Shown: positions 8,954-18,844 of the stretch, in pieces
Position numbering within the stretch: position 1 is the stretch's first letter
Layout: each line of letters begins with the position of its first letter
Assembly (NCBI GenBank): GCA_043808015.1
Contig: JAZDFI010000029.1
Location: forward strand, 7,003 to 71,002
DNA from: Candidatus Aenigmatarchaeota archaeon
Lineage (GTDB): Archaea > Aenigmatarchaeota > Aenigmatarchaeia > QMZP01 > QMZT01
Direction: 5' to 3'
DNA: 64,000 nucleotides
Notes under the pieces: model-generated
What the model saw: only the letters and a program-made list of their open reading frames with translations
What the model was told of the DNA's origin: nothing
Databases searched by the model: none
Made by a program: the position numbers and the translations under genes

Positions 8954-11900
8954 ATGAAGCGCGGTTTTCTGCTATCGCTCGACGCAATTGTGGCGATAAC
9001 TTTGTTGCTGTCGGTATCGACTTTTTTGGCGGGAATTTCGTTCACTTATTCGACGCCCGAGTTACGCTATCAGCGCTATTACTATGCCGGCAAGGATATC
9101 GCCGCATTGTTTCAGGAAGCCAGAATCAGCTCGGTATCGGACGTCGTCAACCTGACCAAATACAACCTTACACAAGAAGAGATGAACAGGACCATTCTCG
9201 ACGTTATCGGCTCTTTCTGGGCCGGCGGCAACATGAGTGTCGCTAGTAATCTGACAAGGGACATTTTCAGCGAAGTTTTAGGAAACACTGGTCTCAACTA
9301 CGAGGTTTCTTTCAACGACGAAACGATATATGCCAGCGACGACTCTTATTCGGATTTTGTGGCCAGGCTGTCGACTGTTGTATCAGGTTATGAAAAAACG
9401 AAACCTGTCAACGGATATCTTGCGAAGGTTTACGTAACGAAAGTCTCGAAAACCAATTCGGAGTTCATATATTTCGGCGGCTACGAGGGCGACGGTAACA
9501 TAACAAAGGTCATCACGCTTCCTGTCGACGTCAACGTGACCGGCGCGTATCTTGAAATGAACGTCGGCAACAATTTTTTGCTTTACATCAATGGCCAGGC
9601 TGCAGGAACGTACGTCAAGAGCGCCGTAAATTTTTCGGCGGACAACTGGACCATATGTTCAAAAACGAATCCGTCATACTGCTCATACTTTGCGGCCGGC
9701 CAGAACATTATACAGCTGAACTTCACAACAAACCAGAGCACATACGTGGGCGGCGGCTATCTTAAGGTCACTTACAAAACCTCCGAGCTTACGGAATACA
9801 CGACCAGCGGCAATGCCAGTGATTACTATGAATTTCCCGGCATACGCGGCATTATCAACCTTTATTCGTCTTTCTACGTGCCGGGCACGCTTAAAAACAT
9901 GAGTGCAAGATTGCATTACAACAACAACCTCAGCCTCAACAACCAGGGCGTGCCAGTCTATTTTGTTATTGGTTCAAAAGAAATATACAGGAGCAACGCC
10001 ACAGGGGAGCATGTAATCGATATCCCTGAAAAAAACATATCCGATGCGTTCGGAGGAAAAGCGAATCTCACGGAAAAGCTCAGCAACGCGACCATACCCA
10101 TACGCTTCGGCACGGATACCTTCGCCTTTACAAGCGGTGAGGGAACGAGCGACTCTATTCTAATAACAGACATTTCAGGCAGTATGGGCGGCTCCACGGC
10201 CTCATGTGACGTGCAGACTACCGCATGCGAGCACACGGACTGCAACACGGCCAGCGGCTGCCAGAACTACAGGATAGACGTGGCAAAGGACGTGGACAAC
10301 GATTTCGTGGATAACATCCTCAACTACACCGGCAACATGCTCGGCCTTATCAGCTACTCGACCACCGTATATGACAGCCACCCGCTGAGCAATGACAGCT
10401 CTTCACTCCATGCGGAAATAGACGGTTACACACCAACAGATTATACCTGCATATCATGCGGCATCCTCATAGCGACGGACATGCTCCTCGATGCGGCGGT
10501 AATAAATGAAACCATAAAACCGAATTCCACGTGGCTGTATAATGTCAGCTTCCCGTCAAGCGAGCCGCCCGTCGTGAACGGAAGCGAGTGGACATGGCAA
10601 AATTACAGCGATGATGGCTGGTCGTCCGGACAGTCAATACTTGGTTTCGAAAGTCCATCATATTTCCCCAACATAAACACGAACATAGGCAACAACGGCG
10701 GCAACTATTATTTCAGGAAGCACTTCAATTTCACCAAGGCGATGATAGACTCGGCGGACCTTTACGTGCTCTCAGACAACGCTGCCGAAATATACCTCAA
10801 TGGCCATCTTGTTTACAACGATACGTCCGAGCACAACGCCAGATACTGGAACAACTACTACGATGTCCTTGATGAAAATTTCGAAAGCTACTATGCCAGT
10901 GGCGACAACAGGCTTTATTCTACCGAAATAAACCGCACGCCTGGCTACTGGATTGTAGACGGAACGCCAGACGCTGACAAGGAAGTGTTTATCATGGCCA
11001 ACTACGCGGGTTACCCGGCTCATAAAGGGACGGACGTCATGGTCTTCAGGGACATGGACGCATACGGCTCGGTGGAAACGCATCTCAATCTCTCCGGAAA
11101 GGCGAACCTCACGCTTTCATACTGGTGGTCGCTGGGCGACGATGAACCGGACAGCGGGGAATATTCCAATATGCGCATATGGGACGGCAGCTGGCACACC
11201 GTGAAAACTTACAATGCGAGTCACGTTTACGGCGACTATCACAAGGAAACGATAGACCTGAACGCATATAACATGGTAAACAACTTCACTGTAAGATTCG
11301 GCTCAAGGTCGAGCAGCGATACTGAGAGGTTTTATGTCGACGATGTCCGTATCGCTGGTTCGGCAACGCACATAGAAACATCATATTTCAATGACGGAGA
11401 AAACGTCGTTGCCGTGAGACTCAGGAACAACGACGCTGTCGCGGCGAAGTTCGACGCGGCGCTCAACATAACAATGAAGCGATACAAGGCGATGCTGGTG
11501 ATGAGCGACGGGCTCGCCAACAGACCCCTGGGCGTCAATGCGACCGAAGACGCCGTGAGCAAGGCCTGCGATGCGAGAAGGCGCGACATCCAGACGTACA
11601 CGGTCGCCTTCGGCACACAGGCAGACGGAGAGACTCTCAAAAAAATAGCGTGCTGGAACTGCACCACAGGCTCATGGATTCCTAACTGTGACAGGTTCTA
11701 TAACAGCACTGATGCCGAGGAGCTGCAGCAAATATACAGGTCAATCGCAAGAGATATTGCTAACGCCAGCTACGCCGGACAGCTTTTCAATTTCACGGGT
11801 AACGTATCCATGAACAACATCCTATACACGGACTCTTACATATATTTTGATTACACGCCGGTTGTCAGGACCCCCGAATACGGTGAGATAACCCTTAATT

Positions 11901-12697
11901 TCGAATCCCCGCGCCTGGGCGCATCCACAGGCGATATTATGACGACCGATAACGAGACAGGAACAAAGGAGGGCTGGTTCTTCATACCGGGTGACACTGA
12001 AGTCTCGACGGAAGTGCTTGATTCCAAAATAACCTCTTATTCCTCGTACTATTGGACGGACAGGCTTTGGGTCAACTCGTCCAGCACGCCTAATCAAAAC
12101 TGGACGCGCGTATACTGGCTCGCAAATTACTCAAGCGACTACGAAAAACTGGGAGACCCGTACATAGTGCAGATACCGCCCAACATTCTTACAGCGAACG
12201 GCAACAATTCGTTTAAAATAGGCACCGGGCTTCGTCCGACTCCGCTGTCCGGAGGCAAAGGCGCCTCGCCGGACGACAGGGTGATTTACACGCTGGGCAT
12301 AAAAGGCATAAGCCTCACCCAATACAGCGATGTTTTTGCCAAGGCTAAAGGTTCGACTGTCACGATATATTACGATGCGAACGGCGATAACGTCGCGGAC
12401 AGCTCTTCTGTGGTGGAAATCGGACCGGACCCTGACGACAATTTCGACCCCATGAACGACTCGATAGATAATGGTTTTATGAAGCTCATTGACAGGATGA
12501 ATTTCATGAGCGATGTTAATTCAGGCGTGGTCGACTTAAATTACACGGCATCGGGACCAAGCGGCACCGGCGACGGCTCTTCAGGCAACCCGGTCGACCT
12601 GGAAATAACAGAAGACGTGAATTTCAATTCTGATTTCATATCCCAGATATCATCCATGTGGGGTCCTGCGATAATGGAGGTAAAAATATGGGGATGA
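8954..12697 (+). CDS. Giant (1247 aa) class III signal peptide (type IV pilin-like) surface protein with a vWA domain interrupted by a PA14-like insertion; putative glycosylated adhesin
   Basis: True start is the ATG at 8954: MKRGFLLSLDAIVAITLLLSV has the archaeal prepilin pattern of [KR]G followed by a hydrophobic helix with Ser and an acidic residue. The ORF extension upstream of 8954 overlaps cdvB antisense and looks spurious. vWA MIDAS motif DISGSMGG sits near 10169 and the MLVMSDGLAN...YTVAFG part about 440 aa later. Between them is a PA14-like stretch GNYYFRKHFNF...LYVLSDNAAEIYLNGHLVYND. There are dozens of N-x-S/T sequons. Confidence 0.7.
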   Translation: MKRGFLLSLDAIVAITLLLSVSTFLAGISFTYSTPELRYQRYYYAGKDIAALFQEARISSVSDVVNLTKYNLTQEEMNRTILDVIGSFWAGGNMSVASNLTRDIFSEVLGNTGLNYEVSFNDETIYASDDSYSDFVARLSTVVSGYEKTKPVNGYLAKVYVTKVSKTNSEFIYFGGYEGDGNITKVITLPVDVNVTGAYLEMNVGNNFLLYINGQAAGTYVKSAVNFSADNWTICSKTNPSYCSYFAAGQNIIQLNFTTNQSTYVGGGYLKVTYKTSELTEYTTSGNASDYYEFPGIRGIINLYSSFYVPGTLKNMSARLHYNNNLSLNNQGVPVYFVIGSKEIYRSNATGEHVIDIPEKNISDAFGGKANLTEKLSNATIPIRFGTDTFAFTSGEGTSDSILITDISGSMGGSTASCDVQTTACEHTDCNTASGCQNYRIDVAKDVDNDFVDNILNYTGNMLGLISYSTTVYDSHPLSNDSSSLHAEIDGYTPTDYTCISCGILIATDMLLDAAVINETIKPNSTWLYNVSFPSSEPPVVNGSEWTWQNYSDDGWSSGQSILGFESPSYFPNINTNIGNNGGNYYFRKHFNFTKAMIDSADLYVLSDNAAEIYLNGHLVYNDTSEHNARYWNNYYDVLDENFESYYASGDNRLYSTEINRTPGYWIVDGTPDADKEVFIMANYAGYPAHKGTDVMVFRDMDAYGSVETHLNLSGKANLTLSYWWSLGDDEPDSGEYSNMRIWDGSWHTVKTYNASHVYGDYHKETIDLNAYNMVNNFTVRFGSRSSSDTERFYVDDVRIAGSATHIETSYFNDGENVVAVRLRNNDAVAAKFDAALNITMKRYKAMLVMSDGLANRPLGVNATEDAVSKACDARRRDIQTYTVAFGTQADGETLKKIACWNCTTGSWIPNCDRFYNSTDAEELQQIYRSIARDIANASYAGQLFNFTGNVSMNNILYTDSYIYFDYTPVVRTPEYGEITLNFESPRLGASTGDIMTTDNETGTKEGWFFIPGDTEVSTEVLDSKITSYSSYYWTDRLWVNSSSTPNQNWTRVYWLANYSSDYEKLGDPYIVQIPPNILTANGNNSFKIGTGLRPTPLSGGKGASPDDRVIYTLGIKGISLTQYSDVFAKAKGSTVTIYYDANGDNVADSSSVVEIGPDPDDNFDPMNDSIDNGFMKLIDRMNFMSDVNSGVVDLNYTASGPSGTGDGSSGNPVDLEITEDVNFNSDFISQISSMWGPAIMEVKIWG

Positions 12698-13380
12698 GTA
12701 AAGCGAAAGTTTTGTTTGTGTCTGCTGTTGCGTTTTCAATTTTGATGTTGTTTATGAGTCATGCTACCGCTCAGGAGGATGAAGAAAAAATAGTGTGCCT
12801 GGTTTACTTCACAAGCAACGGCTGCGGGGACGAGTGCAGGTTCACTGATACTTTCATGAGCGGCCTGATGCGAGAATACGCAGGAACTCTAGTGTCGATA
12901 ATTTATTTCGTTGATGATAGCGCACAAAACAGCGTCGTTTTCAATGCGTACAGGTCGACATATAATCTGCCGGCCAACGTCCCCATAGTTTTGTTCGGCA
13001 AAGACGATTATCTGCAAGGGAGGAGTGACATATACGAGGGTACTGAAAAAAAAATATTCGATTTTCTGCTGGCCAACGGCACCAACTGCCCGCTGGACTC
13101 GGGCTTTGTTGCACCGAGCCAGCTCTCGCCTGGAAGCGTCCCCGGCGCGCAAATCCTGAGAATGCCCCCAGACAAGGAAGCTGTAAAAAATGACAGCATA
13201 GGGACGATTTCCGAAGATGATGATGTCATGAATGGCAATGACAGCGGACCCGGAGATATCCTGGCGCTGAACGAACCCATGAAAGAAAGCGTCTTCTCCC
13301 TTGTTATTATAGGAATTGTTCTGATAGTGGTGGCCGCCATCATTATTTATGTGTGGACTAAAACGCAGGAAAGTTTATGA
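12688..13380 (+). CDS. Secreted, C-terminally membrane-anchored protein (signal peptide, Cys-rich, Asn-sequons)
   Basis: GGAGGT lies 11 nt upstream of the ATG at 12688. The ATG overlaps the stop codon of the adhesin gene. N-terminal signal peptide and C-terminal TM helix plus short tail. Confidence 0.5.
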   Translation: MGMSKAKVLFVSAVAFSILMLFMSHATAQEDEEKIVCLVYFTSNGCGDECRFTDTFMSGLMREYAGTLVSIIYFVDDSAQNSVVFNAYRSTYNLPANVPIVLFGKDDYLQGRSDIYEGTEKKIFDFLLANGTNCPLDSGFVAPSQLSPGSVPGAQILRMPPDKEAVKNDSIGTISEDDDVMNGNDSGPGDILALNEPMKESVFSLVIIGIVLIVVAAIIIYVWTKTQESL

Positions 13381-13757
13381 AAAATACGATAAAGGCTCTC
13401 ATTTTTCTTTCGCTAGCGCTAGCCGAGACTCTCGCTCTGATCTGGTTCTCGCTGCAGCCGTCAGCAGCTTTCGTCCCTGGCGTTGGCTTCCTGCGACTTG
13501 GCGACCTGGAGCATTTAGCGGCTTATGCTGTGTATGGCTTCATGTGGTCTGCTTTTCTCCTCACTTACAAAAAAAAGCCCGGTGTCGCGATGGCGATTCT
13601 GCTGTCGCTGGCGATAGGTTCCGCGATCGGAGCGCTGTGCGAAACACTGCAGTTTTTCGTCCCCACGCGCGTGGCCGACCCGCTTGACTGGGCAATCGAT
13701 TCGGCAGGCTCGCTTTGCGGAGCGGCTGCGGCCGTTAAAGCCAAAAACCTTTTTTAA
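13377..13757 (+). CDS. VanZ-like small membrane protein
   Basis: Four-TM pattern with WFSLQP...AAYAVYGFMWSAFL resembling the VanZ family. Start overlaps the previous stop (ATGA). Confidence 0.45.
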   Translation: MKNTIKALIFLSLALAETLALIWFSLQPSAAFVPGVGFLRLGDLEHLAAYAVYGFMWSAFLLTYKKKPGVAMAILLSLAIGSAIGALCETLQFFVPTRVADPLDWAIDSAGSLCGAAAAVKAKNLF

Positions 13758-13797
13758 AGTCAAAGCCGAATCTGATTATATTGATGTTAGTGGTGTC

Positions 13798-14295
13798 ATG
13801 AAAACTCCAATATGCGGCATTTGCCTGAATTCGGACATGCTCTGCATGGCGTGCAATAAAAAGCTAGATGAAGGCATCATCAGCGATAGCGACGTTCGCC
13901 TGGCCCGGGCAGTCAAAACGCTAGCATCCACTTTCAAAGTTCTTGACAACATAACCATAAAAAAAGTCATGGAAGGCAGCACCATCATTTTAATGCTGTG
14001 CGGCAGGGGTGACAGGCCGAAGCTTGTGGGGAGGGAAGGTGTCGTGATAAACCGTCTTTCTAAAATGATGGGAAAACCCGTAAGGGTCGTAGAGGAGACG
14101 GAAGACCTGAAGGACTTCATAAAAAATGTCATACATCCGGTCCCGCTAGAAGGGATTAACGTGGTTTACAGCAACGAAGGCGAAACGCTGAAGGTGCTAA
14201 TCCCGCGCAACAGGAATTTGCCGCTGGCGGAGGCGACATTCAGGGAAATAATCAAGATGGTTTTCGGCAGGAATGCGGTCGTCGCAAAAGCGTGA
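13798..14295 (+). CDS. KH-domain RNA-binding protein with N-terminal zinc ribbon
   Basis: CGICLNSDMLCMAC zinc-ribbon-like motif. Type II KH GxxG (LVGREGVVINRLSKMMGKPVRVVE). Confidence 0.5.
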   Translation: MKTPICGICLNSDMLCMACNKKLDEGIISDSDVRLARAVKTLASTFKVLDNITIKKVMEGSTIILMLCGRGDRPKLVGREGVVINRLSKMMGKPVRVVEETEDLKDFIKNVIHPVPLEGINVVYSNEGETLKVLIPRNRNLPLAEATFREIIKMVFGRNAVVAKA

Positions 14296-14305
14296 AGTGA
14301 TATTC

Positions 14306-16078
14306 ATGGGCAGAAAAAGAATAGTCGTTTGTGACAGGGAATTGTGCAGGTTCGAGAAGTGCGGCTATCGCTGCATAAAATCATGTCCTGTCAACCGTTC
14401 CGGTGAAGAATGCATAGTGAAAGAGGCGAATGGCTATCCGGCGTTCAACGAAGAACTCTGCATCGGCTGCGGCCTCTGCGTCAAGGCATGCGACAAAGCC
14501 GGCTTCAGCGCCATAGCTGTCGTCAACCTTCCGAAAGAGCTTGACGAAGACCCGATACACAGATACGGCAAAAATCAGTTCGCTCTTTACCGCCTGCCGA
14601 TGCCAAAGAAAAACATGGTCATGGGCCTTATAGGCCCTAACGGGGTGGGCAAGACCACTGTGCTTAACATACTATCTGGAAATCTCAAACCGAACATGGG
14701 AACTTTCAGGGGTAAAGTGGAGTGGCGTGCCATAATCGAGAAGTTCAAGGGGACGGAGCTGCAGGACTATCTGCAGACGCTCGCGATGAACGGATTGAGT
14801 GTAGGTTACAAGCCGCAGCATGTCGATTTTATTCCAAAAATGTGGAAAGGCAAAGTGATAGACCTGCTCAAGAAGCATGGCGGCTATGAAAATGTCGCCG
14901 GGCGTCTGGGCATAGGTGAAATGTTTGAAAAAGAAATAAAGACGCTTTCCGGCGGGGAGCTGCAGCTGCTAGCGGTGGCCGCTGTGATTTCAAAGGAATA
15001 TGACTTTTATTTTTTTGACGAGCCTTCGAGCTATCTCGATGTACAACAGCGCTTGACTGTCGCCAGAGAAATACGGGAGCTGGCCAAGAAGCACGAGGTG
15101 ATGGTAGTGGAGCACGACCTGGCGATACTCGACTACCTGAGCGACCACGTGCACATACTTTATGGCCAGCCCGGCGCCTTCGGTGTCGTCTCGAATCCAT
15201 ACGGGGTCCGCGTAGGCATAAACACGTATCTGGAGGGTTTCATAAATGAGGAGAACGTCCGCTTCCGCGACAAACCCATTCTCTTCTCAAAAACCGCGAG
15301 GTCAGTATCCAAGGACCGGCTTCTTGCTGAATTCACCGGGTTCGAAAAGAAATTTGGCCAGTTCAGCATAAGAACTGAACCTGGCGAGATTTACAAAGGC
15401 GAGGTGATCGGGATTCTCGGGCCCAACAGTATAGGCAAGACTACATTCATCCGTATGCTCGTGGGCGAACTGAAAGCCGACAAAGGCAAGCCTGTCGAGA
15501 TGGCGCTATCTTACAAGCCACAGAGGCTCATTTTTGAAGGAGAAAACCTTGATGCGAGGGAATACATAAGGAACGCCATTGGCGACAAAGTCGATGACAC
15601 CGAATACAAGCGGATGCTTTCTGCGCTGAACATAGAGCGCAACATGGATAAAAAAATGAAAAACCTTTCCGGCGGCGAATTGCAGGCGGTGTTCATAGCT
15701 TGCGCCATGGGTAAAGAGCACGACATCCTGCTGCTCGACGAACCTTCCGCTTTTCTTGATGTGGAGCAGCGCCTGAGGGTGGCAAAGATAATAAGGTCTC
15801 ACGTAGAGGGACGCGAGACTTCAGCGTTCGTCGTCGACCACGACCTTCAGCTCATCGATTCCGTTGCTGACAGGATTATCGTTTTCGACGGCGAACGCGG
15901 CGTGAGCGGCCTTGGAAAAAAGCCGTGCTCGCTGAACGACGGCATGAATCGTTTTCTCAAAACGCTGGACATAACTTTCCGCCGCGACCCGCAGACGGGA
16001 CGCGCCCGCGCGAACAAGCCGGACTCGCAGAAGGACAGGGAACAGAAGGAAAACGGGCAATATTATTACTCTGATTGA
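14306..16078 (+). CDS. abcE1: ABCE1 / RNase L inhibitor (ribosome recycling factor)
   Basis: N-terminal 4Fe-4S ferredoxin motifs (CIGCGLCVKAC) plus two ABC ATPase domains with Walker A GPNGVGKTT and GPNSIGKTT, and LSGGELQ signatures. Start chosen at MGRKRIVVCD. Confidence 0.9.
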   Translation: MGRKRIVVCDRELCRFEKCGYRCIKSCPVNRSGEECIVKEANGYPAFNEELCIGCGLCVKACDKAGFSAIAVVNLPKELDEDPIHRYGKNQFALYRLPMPKKNMVMGLIGPNGVGKTTVLNILSGNLKPNMGTFRGKVEWRAIIEKFKGTELQDYLQTLAMNGLSVGYKPQHVDFIPKMWKGKVIDLLKKHGGYENVAGRLGIGEMFEKEIKTLSGGELQLLAVAAVISKEYDFYFFDEPSSYLDVQQRLTVAREIRELAKKHEVMVVEHDLAILDYLSDHVHILYGQPGAFGVVSNPYGVRVGINTYLEGFINEENVRFRDKPILFSKTARSVSKDRLLAEFTGFEKKFGQFSIRTEPGEIYKGEVIGILGPNSIGKTTFIRMLVGELKADKGKPVEMALSYKPQRLIFEGENLDAREYIRNAIGDKVDDTEYKRMLSALNIERNMDKKMKNLSGGELQAVFIACAMGKEHDILLLDEPSAFLDVEQRLRVAKIIRSHVEGRETSAFVVDHDLQLIDSVADRIIVFDGERGVSGLGKKPCSLNDGMNRFLKTLDITFRRDPQTGRARANKPDSQKDREQKENGQYYYSD

Positions 16079-16080
16079 GG

Positions 16081-17022
16081 TCACTCAAACTGGGTTGGCT
16101 GGCTTTCGACTTTAACTGAAACTATTTTGTATATAGAGAAAAGCATGAACGCCGCCCCGAGCCACTGAACCAGCGATAGCGTTTTGCCGTAAATCGCGAA
16201 TTCGAGTATTATCGCGGTAATGGGGAACGCCAGCTCGTATATTGTCGATTTTGATGCAGGCACGTGCTTGAGGCCGTAATAATATATGAATATCGCCACT
16301 CCACCCGTGGTGAAAGCTATGAGCAGTAAAGTCGCGATGTTCGCCGGCTCAACTGCCGCGAATTTGTCGAAACGATTAGTAGCCGTTATAATCAGCAGCA
16401 AGATTAATGTGGTTATGCCGAACCTGAGGTACGTTCCAACACGAAAGTTCACTTTGTGTATCGCCCTCTTGCTGAATGTCGTCGACGAGCCGAACGCAAA
16501 CGCTGCAACCAGCGAAAGACCGGCGGCGATTAACGTCTTGTTTTCTAGGCTCAGCACGGGCTGCTCGAAACCGAACGTCAATAGATAACTGCCAATCAGG
16601 GCAATGGCAGCCCATATGAAAAAGTTCTTCTGCGGTTTTTCTTTGAGCACGACAGCCGCGAGCAGGATGGCAAAAATCGGCTGCAGTTTTTGCAGCAGAA
16701 TCACGACTGAAAGCTGGATAAAACCGACGAAGAACAGCGCCGACGTTATGGCCATCGTGCCTATCGCGCCACCGAAGAGGCCGACCCACGCGAACGAACC
16801 CCAGTCTCTGGGCTTTAGTTTTTTCAGCTCTTTGCGCTCGATGAACAAAAACACTGCCATGTAGCAAAATGCTATCGCATGCTCGATGAATACGACTATC
16901 GCGACGTCAAGATGGTAAAGCGACGGACGGAGCAAAACGCCGTCGATGCCCCATAACGCCGCTGCGAACGCTATAGCAATCGCTCCGATTACGGGCATGG
17001 ATTTTTTGTCAAATGAAAACAT
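16081..17022 (-). CDS. EamA/DMT-family transporter (10 TM)
   Basis: Duplicated five-TM EamA-like topology. Start trimmed to MFSFDKK. Confidence 0.6.
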   Translation of the reverse strand: MFSFDKKSMPVIGAIAIAFAAALWGIDGVLLRPSLYHLDVAIVVFIEHAIAFCYMAVFLFIERKELKKLKPRDWGSFAWVGLFGGAIGTMAITSALFFVGFIQLSVVILLQKLQPIFAILLAAVVLKEKPQKNFFIWAAIALIGSYLLTFGFEQPVLSLENKTLIAAGLSLVAAFAFGSSTTFSKRAIHKVNFRVGTYLRFGITTLILLLIITATNRFDKFAAVEPANIATLLLIAFTTGGVAIFIYYYGLKHVPASKSTIYELAFPITAIILEFAIYGKTLSLVQWLGAAFMLFSIYKIVSVKVESQPTQFE

Positions 17023-17027
17023 GAAAA

Positions 17028-17684
17028 TTATATCCTTATTTCGACATGGACGTAATCGTCCTCTTTCAGGCAAAGCGTTTTTCTCAGGTCTTCCGATGCT
17101 ATTATTTCAACTATGTCCGTGGGATGGTGTGTCCTTTCTGGAATTATGACCGCGCCCCTGGCCTTGCGGTTTATCATGCACGGATAAGTGTTGATGTCGC
17201 CGAATGCCCTGTTGTCCTTTTTGAAGCCGCGTATGGTTATGGGCCGCATGTTTTCCATCTCGTCTTTTGCCTTAACGTCCTGGACCGTTTTCAGGCGTAC
17301 GTTAAGCGTGCCGAGAAACGGGCGAAACCCCAATTTTTCATGGAACTGCAAAAAGTATTCGTCCTGACCGACATAATAACGTCCTTCGCCGGATCCCGAC
17401 ACCAGCACGCCTCCGAATGCGATGGATTCGGTTTTAGGACGCTCGACAATTTCCCTGAGTTCCAGATATTTTTTCCTTATGAACTTCGCGCCTTCGTCCG
17501 TAAGCGATACGAACTGGCCTTTCGCCGCCGTCTCCCGCTCTATCAGACCGAGACTCTCCAGCTCGCGTATCTTGCGCGACATGGTCTGCTGTGACGAGCC
17601 GAGCCTCTTGGCCATATCCAGCGTGGTGACCCTGGTCTTTCTTTTAGCCAGCTCGACTAGCACGTCAAACATCTCGCACTTCAT
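17028..17684 (-). CDS. ribK: Archaeal CTP-dependent riboflavin kinase with N-terminal winged HTH
   Basis: N-terminal wHTH, then GTLNVRL...PERTHHPTDIVEI, characteristic of the archaeal riboflavin-kinase fold (MJ0056 family). Confidence 0.65.
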   Translation of the reverse strand: MKCEMFDVLVELAKRKTRVTTLDMAKRLGSSQQTMSRKIRELESLGLIERETAAKGQFVSLTDEGAKFIRKKYLELREIVERPKTESIAFGGVLVSGSGEGRYYVGQDEYFLQFHEKLGFRPFLGTLNVRLKTVQDVKAKDEMENMRPITIRGFKKDNRAFGDINTYPCMINRKARGAVIIPERTHHPTDIVEIIASEDLRKTLCLKEDDYVHVEIRI

Positions 17685-17740
17685 GCAAAGATATTGTCAG
17701 AACTCACTTAAAAATGTTATGCTTAACATAATTGGGTAAT

Positions 17741-18238
17741 CTATTCGAACTCTATCGATCCCATGCTGTAAATTTCCTTGATGACGGCTATGAATTTTTC
17801 CGACATGGCCTTGCATCTCTCTATCATGGCCTGCCTGACGGTATTGTAGAAAATGTGCCAGTATACCCACCAGAAAAACATGACAAGCTTGTTGCCTGTG
17901 AATTCGTGCCTGACCACAGGCTCTATCTCCATCTTGAAAGTTCCCTCGTTTTTCGCCTTGCCCTTGAAGCCCACCATCTTTATGCCGACGATTATTTGGG
18001 AGAATCTGCCAGTCGTCCTGTTGTGCTTGGCTATGCGCCAGTAATACATCTGTATCGGGTCGCCGCCCCAGTCCCACATCCAGCGCGGTTCGCCTGTTCC
18101 GGTGGTAGTGACCTCGAACACCGAACGAAGGATTGACGTCCCTTCCCTGGTCCAGGCAAGCGGATCGGGCCCTGCATAATCTATCCATCTGTTCCTGCGC
18201 GGAGCAAAACAATCGTCTTCAACTATGAACTTGCCCAT
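17741..18238 (-). CDS. Hypothetical protein, tandem paralog 1 (165 aa)
   Basis: Homologous to the adjacent ORF (FIVEDDCF..YAGPDP vs LIQEDCY..YVGPNP, and conserved aromatic C-terminal helix). Confidence 0.5.
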   Translation of the reverse strand: MGKFIVEDDCFAPRRNRWIDYAGPDPLAWTREGTSILRSVFEVTTTGTGEPRWMWDWGGDPIQMYYWRIAKHNRTTGRFSQIIVGIKMVGFKGKAKNEGTFKMEIEPVVRHEFTGNKLVMFFWWVYWHIFYNTVRQAMIERCKAMSEKFIAVIKEIYSMGSIEFE

Positions 18239-18250
18239 GTTACACCTGGT

Positions 18251-18769
18251 TTACCCGCTCTCGTCCCTCAGCTGTCTCAAGAACTCGTGAACGTTCCTGT
18301 TGAAAATAGTGACCATGTTCCTGCAGTCTTCCGCGTACTCCTCCCTCTTGCGGAAATAGAACGACCTGTGCCAGGCGACACGGAGCATCTCATAAAACAG
18401 GGAACGCTGCCATATCGTGTCCTGCGGGTATTCGGTCCTCATGACCGGCTTTACCCTGATCTCGGCGTTGCCAGTCTTTTCGTCTCCGTATCCGGAAATG
18501 TCGACTCTTATGAACATGTAGGTATACGGGTCAATGTCCTTGTGGATGTACCATCTTACCTTGAACTTCTCCTTTTCTCCCTTGCCCCAGCTGTATTTTT
18601 CTTCCTGTATGTCGGAATCGGCGGCTCGAAAGACCGCTTTCATGAGATCGTAAACCTTGTAATAAAGCTTCATGGGATTCGGGCCCACGTAATTTATAGT
18701 GACCCTTTCCGGTCTTTCCCTGTAGCAATCTTCCTGTATCAGCAGCTTCGTTCTCGCAAACTGTGGCAT
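18251..18769 (-). CDS. Hypothetical protein, tandem paralog 2 (172 aa)
   Basis: See paralog 1. 12-nt spacer between the two. Confidence 0.5.
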   Translation of the reverse strand: MPQFARTKLLIQEDCYRERPERVTINYVGPNPMKLYYKVYDLMKAVFRAADSDIQEEKYSWGKGEKEKFKVRWYIHKDIDPYTYMFIRVDISGYGDEKTGNAEIRVKPVMRTEYPQDTIWQRSLFYEMLRVAWHRSFYFRKREEYAEDCRNMVTIFNRNVHEFLRQLRDESG

Positions 18770-18844
18770 GACAACACCTTCTTAATTATTTATATTCAAA
18801 AACGAAATTATAAATTGCTATGGTATGCGTGTGAGGATGTTTTT

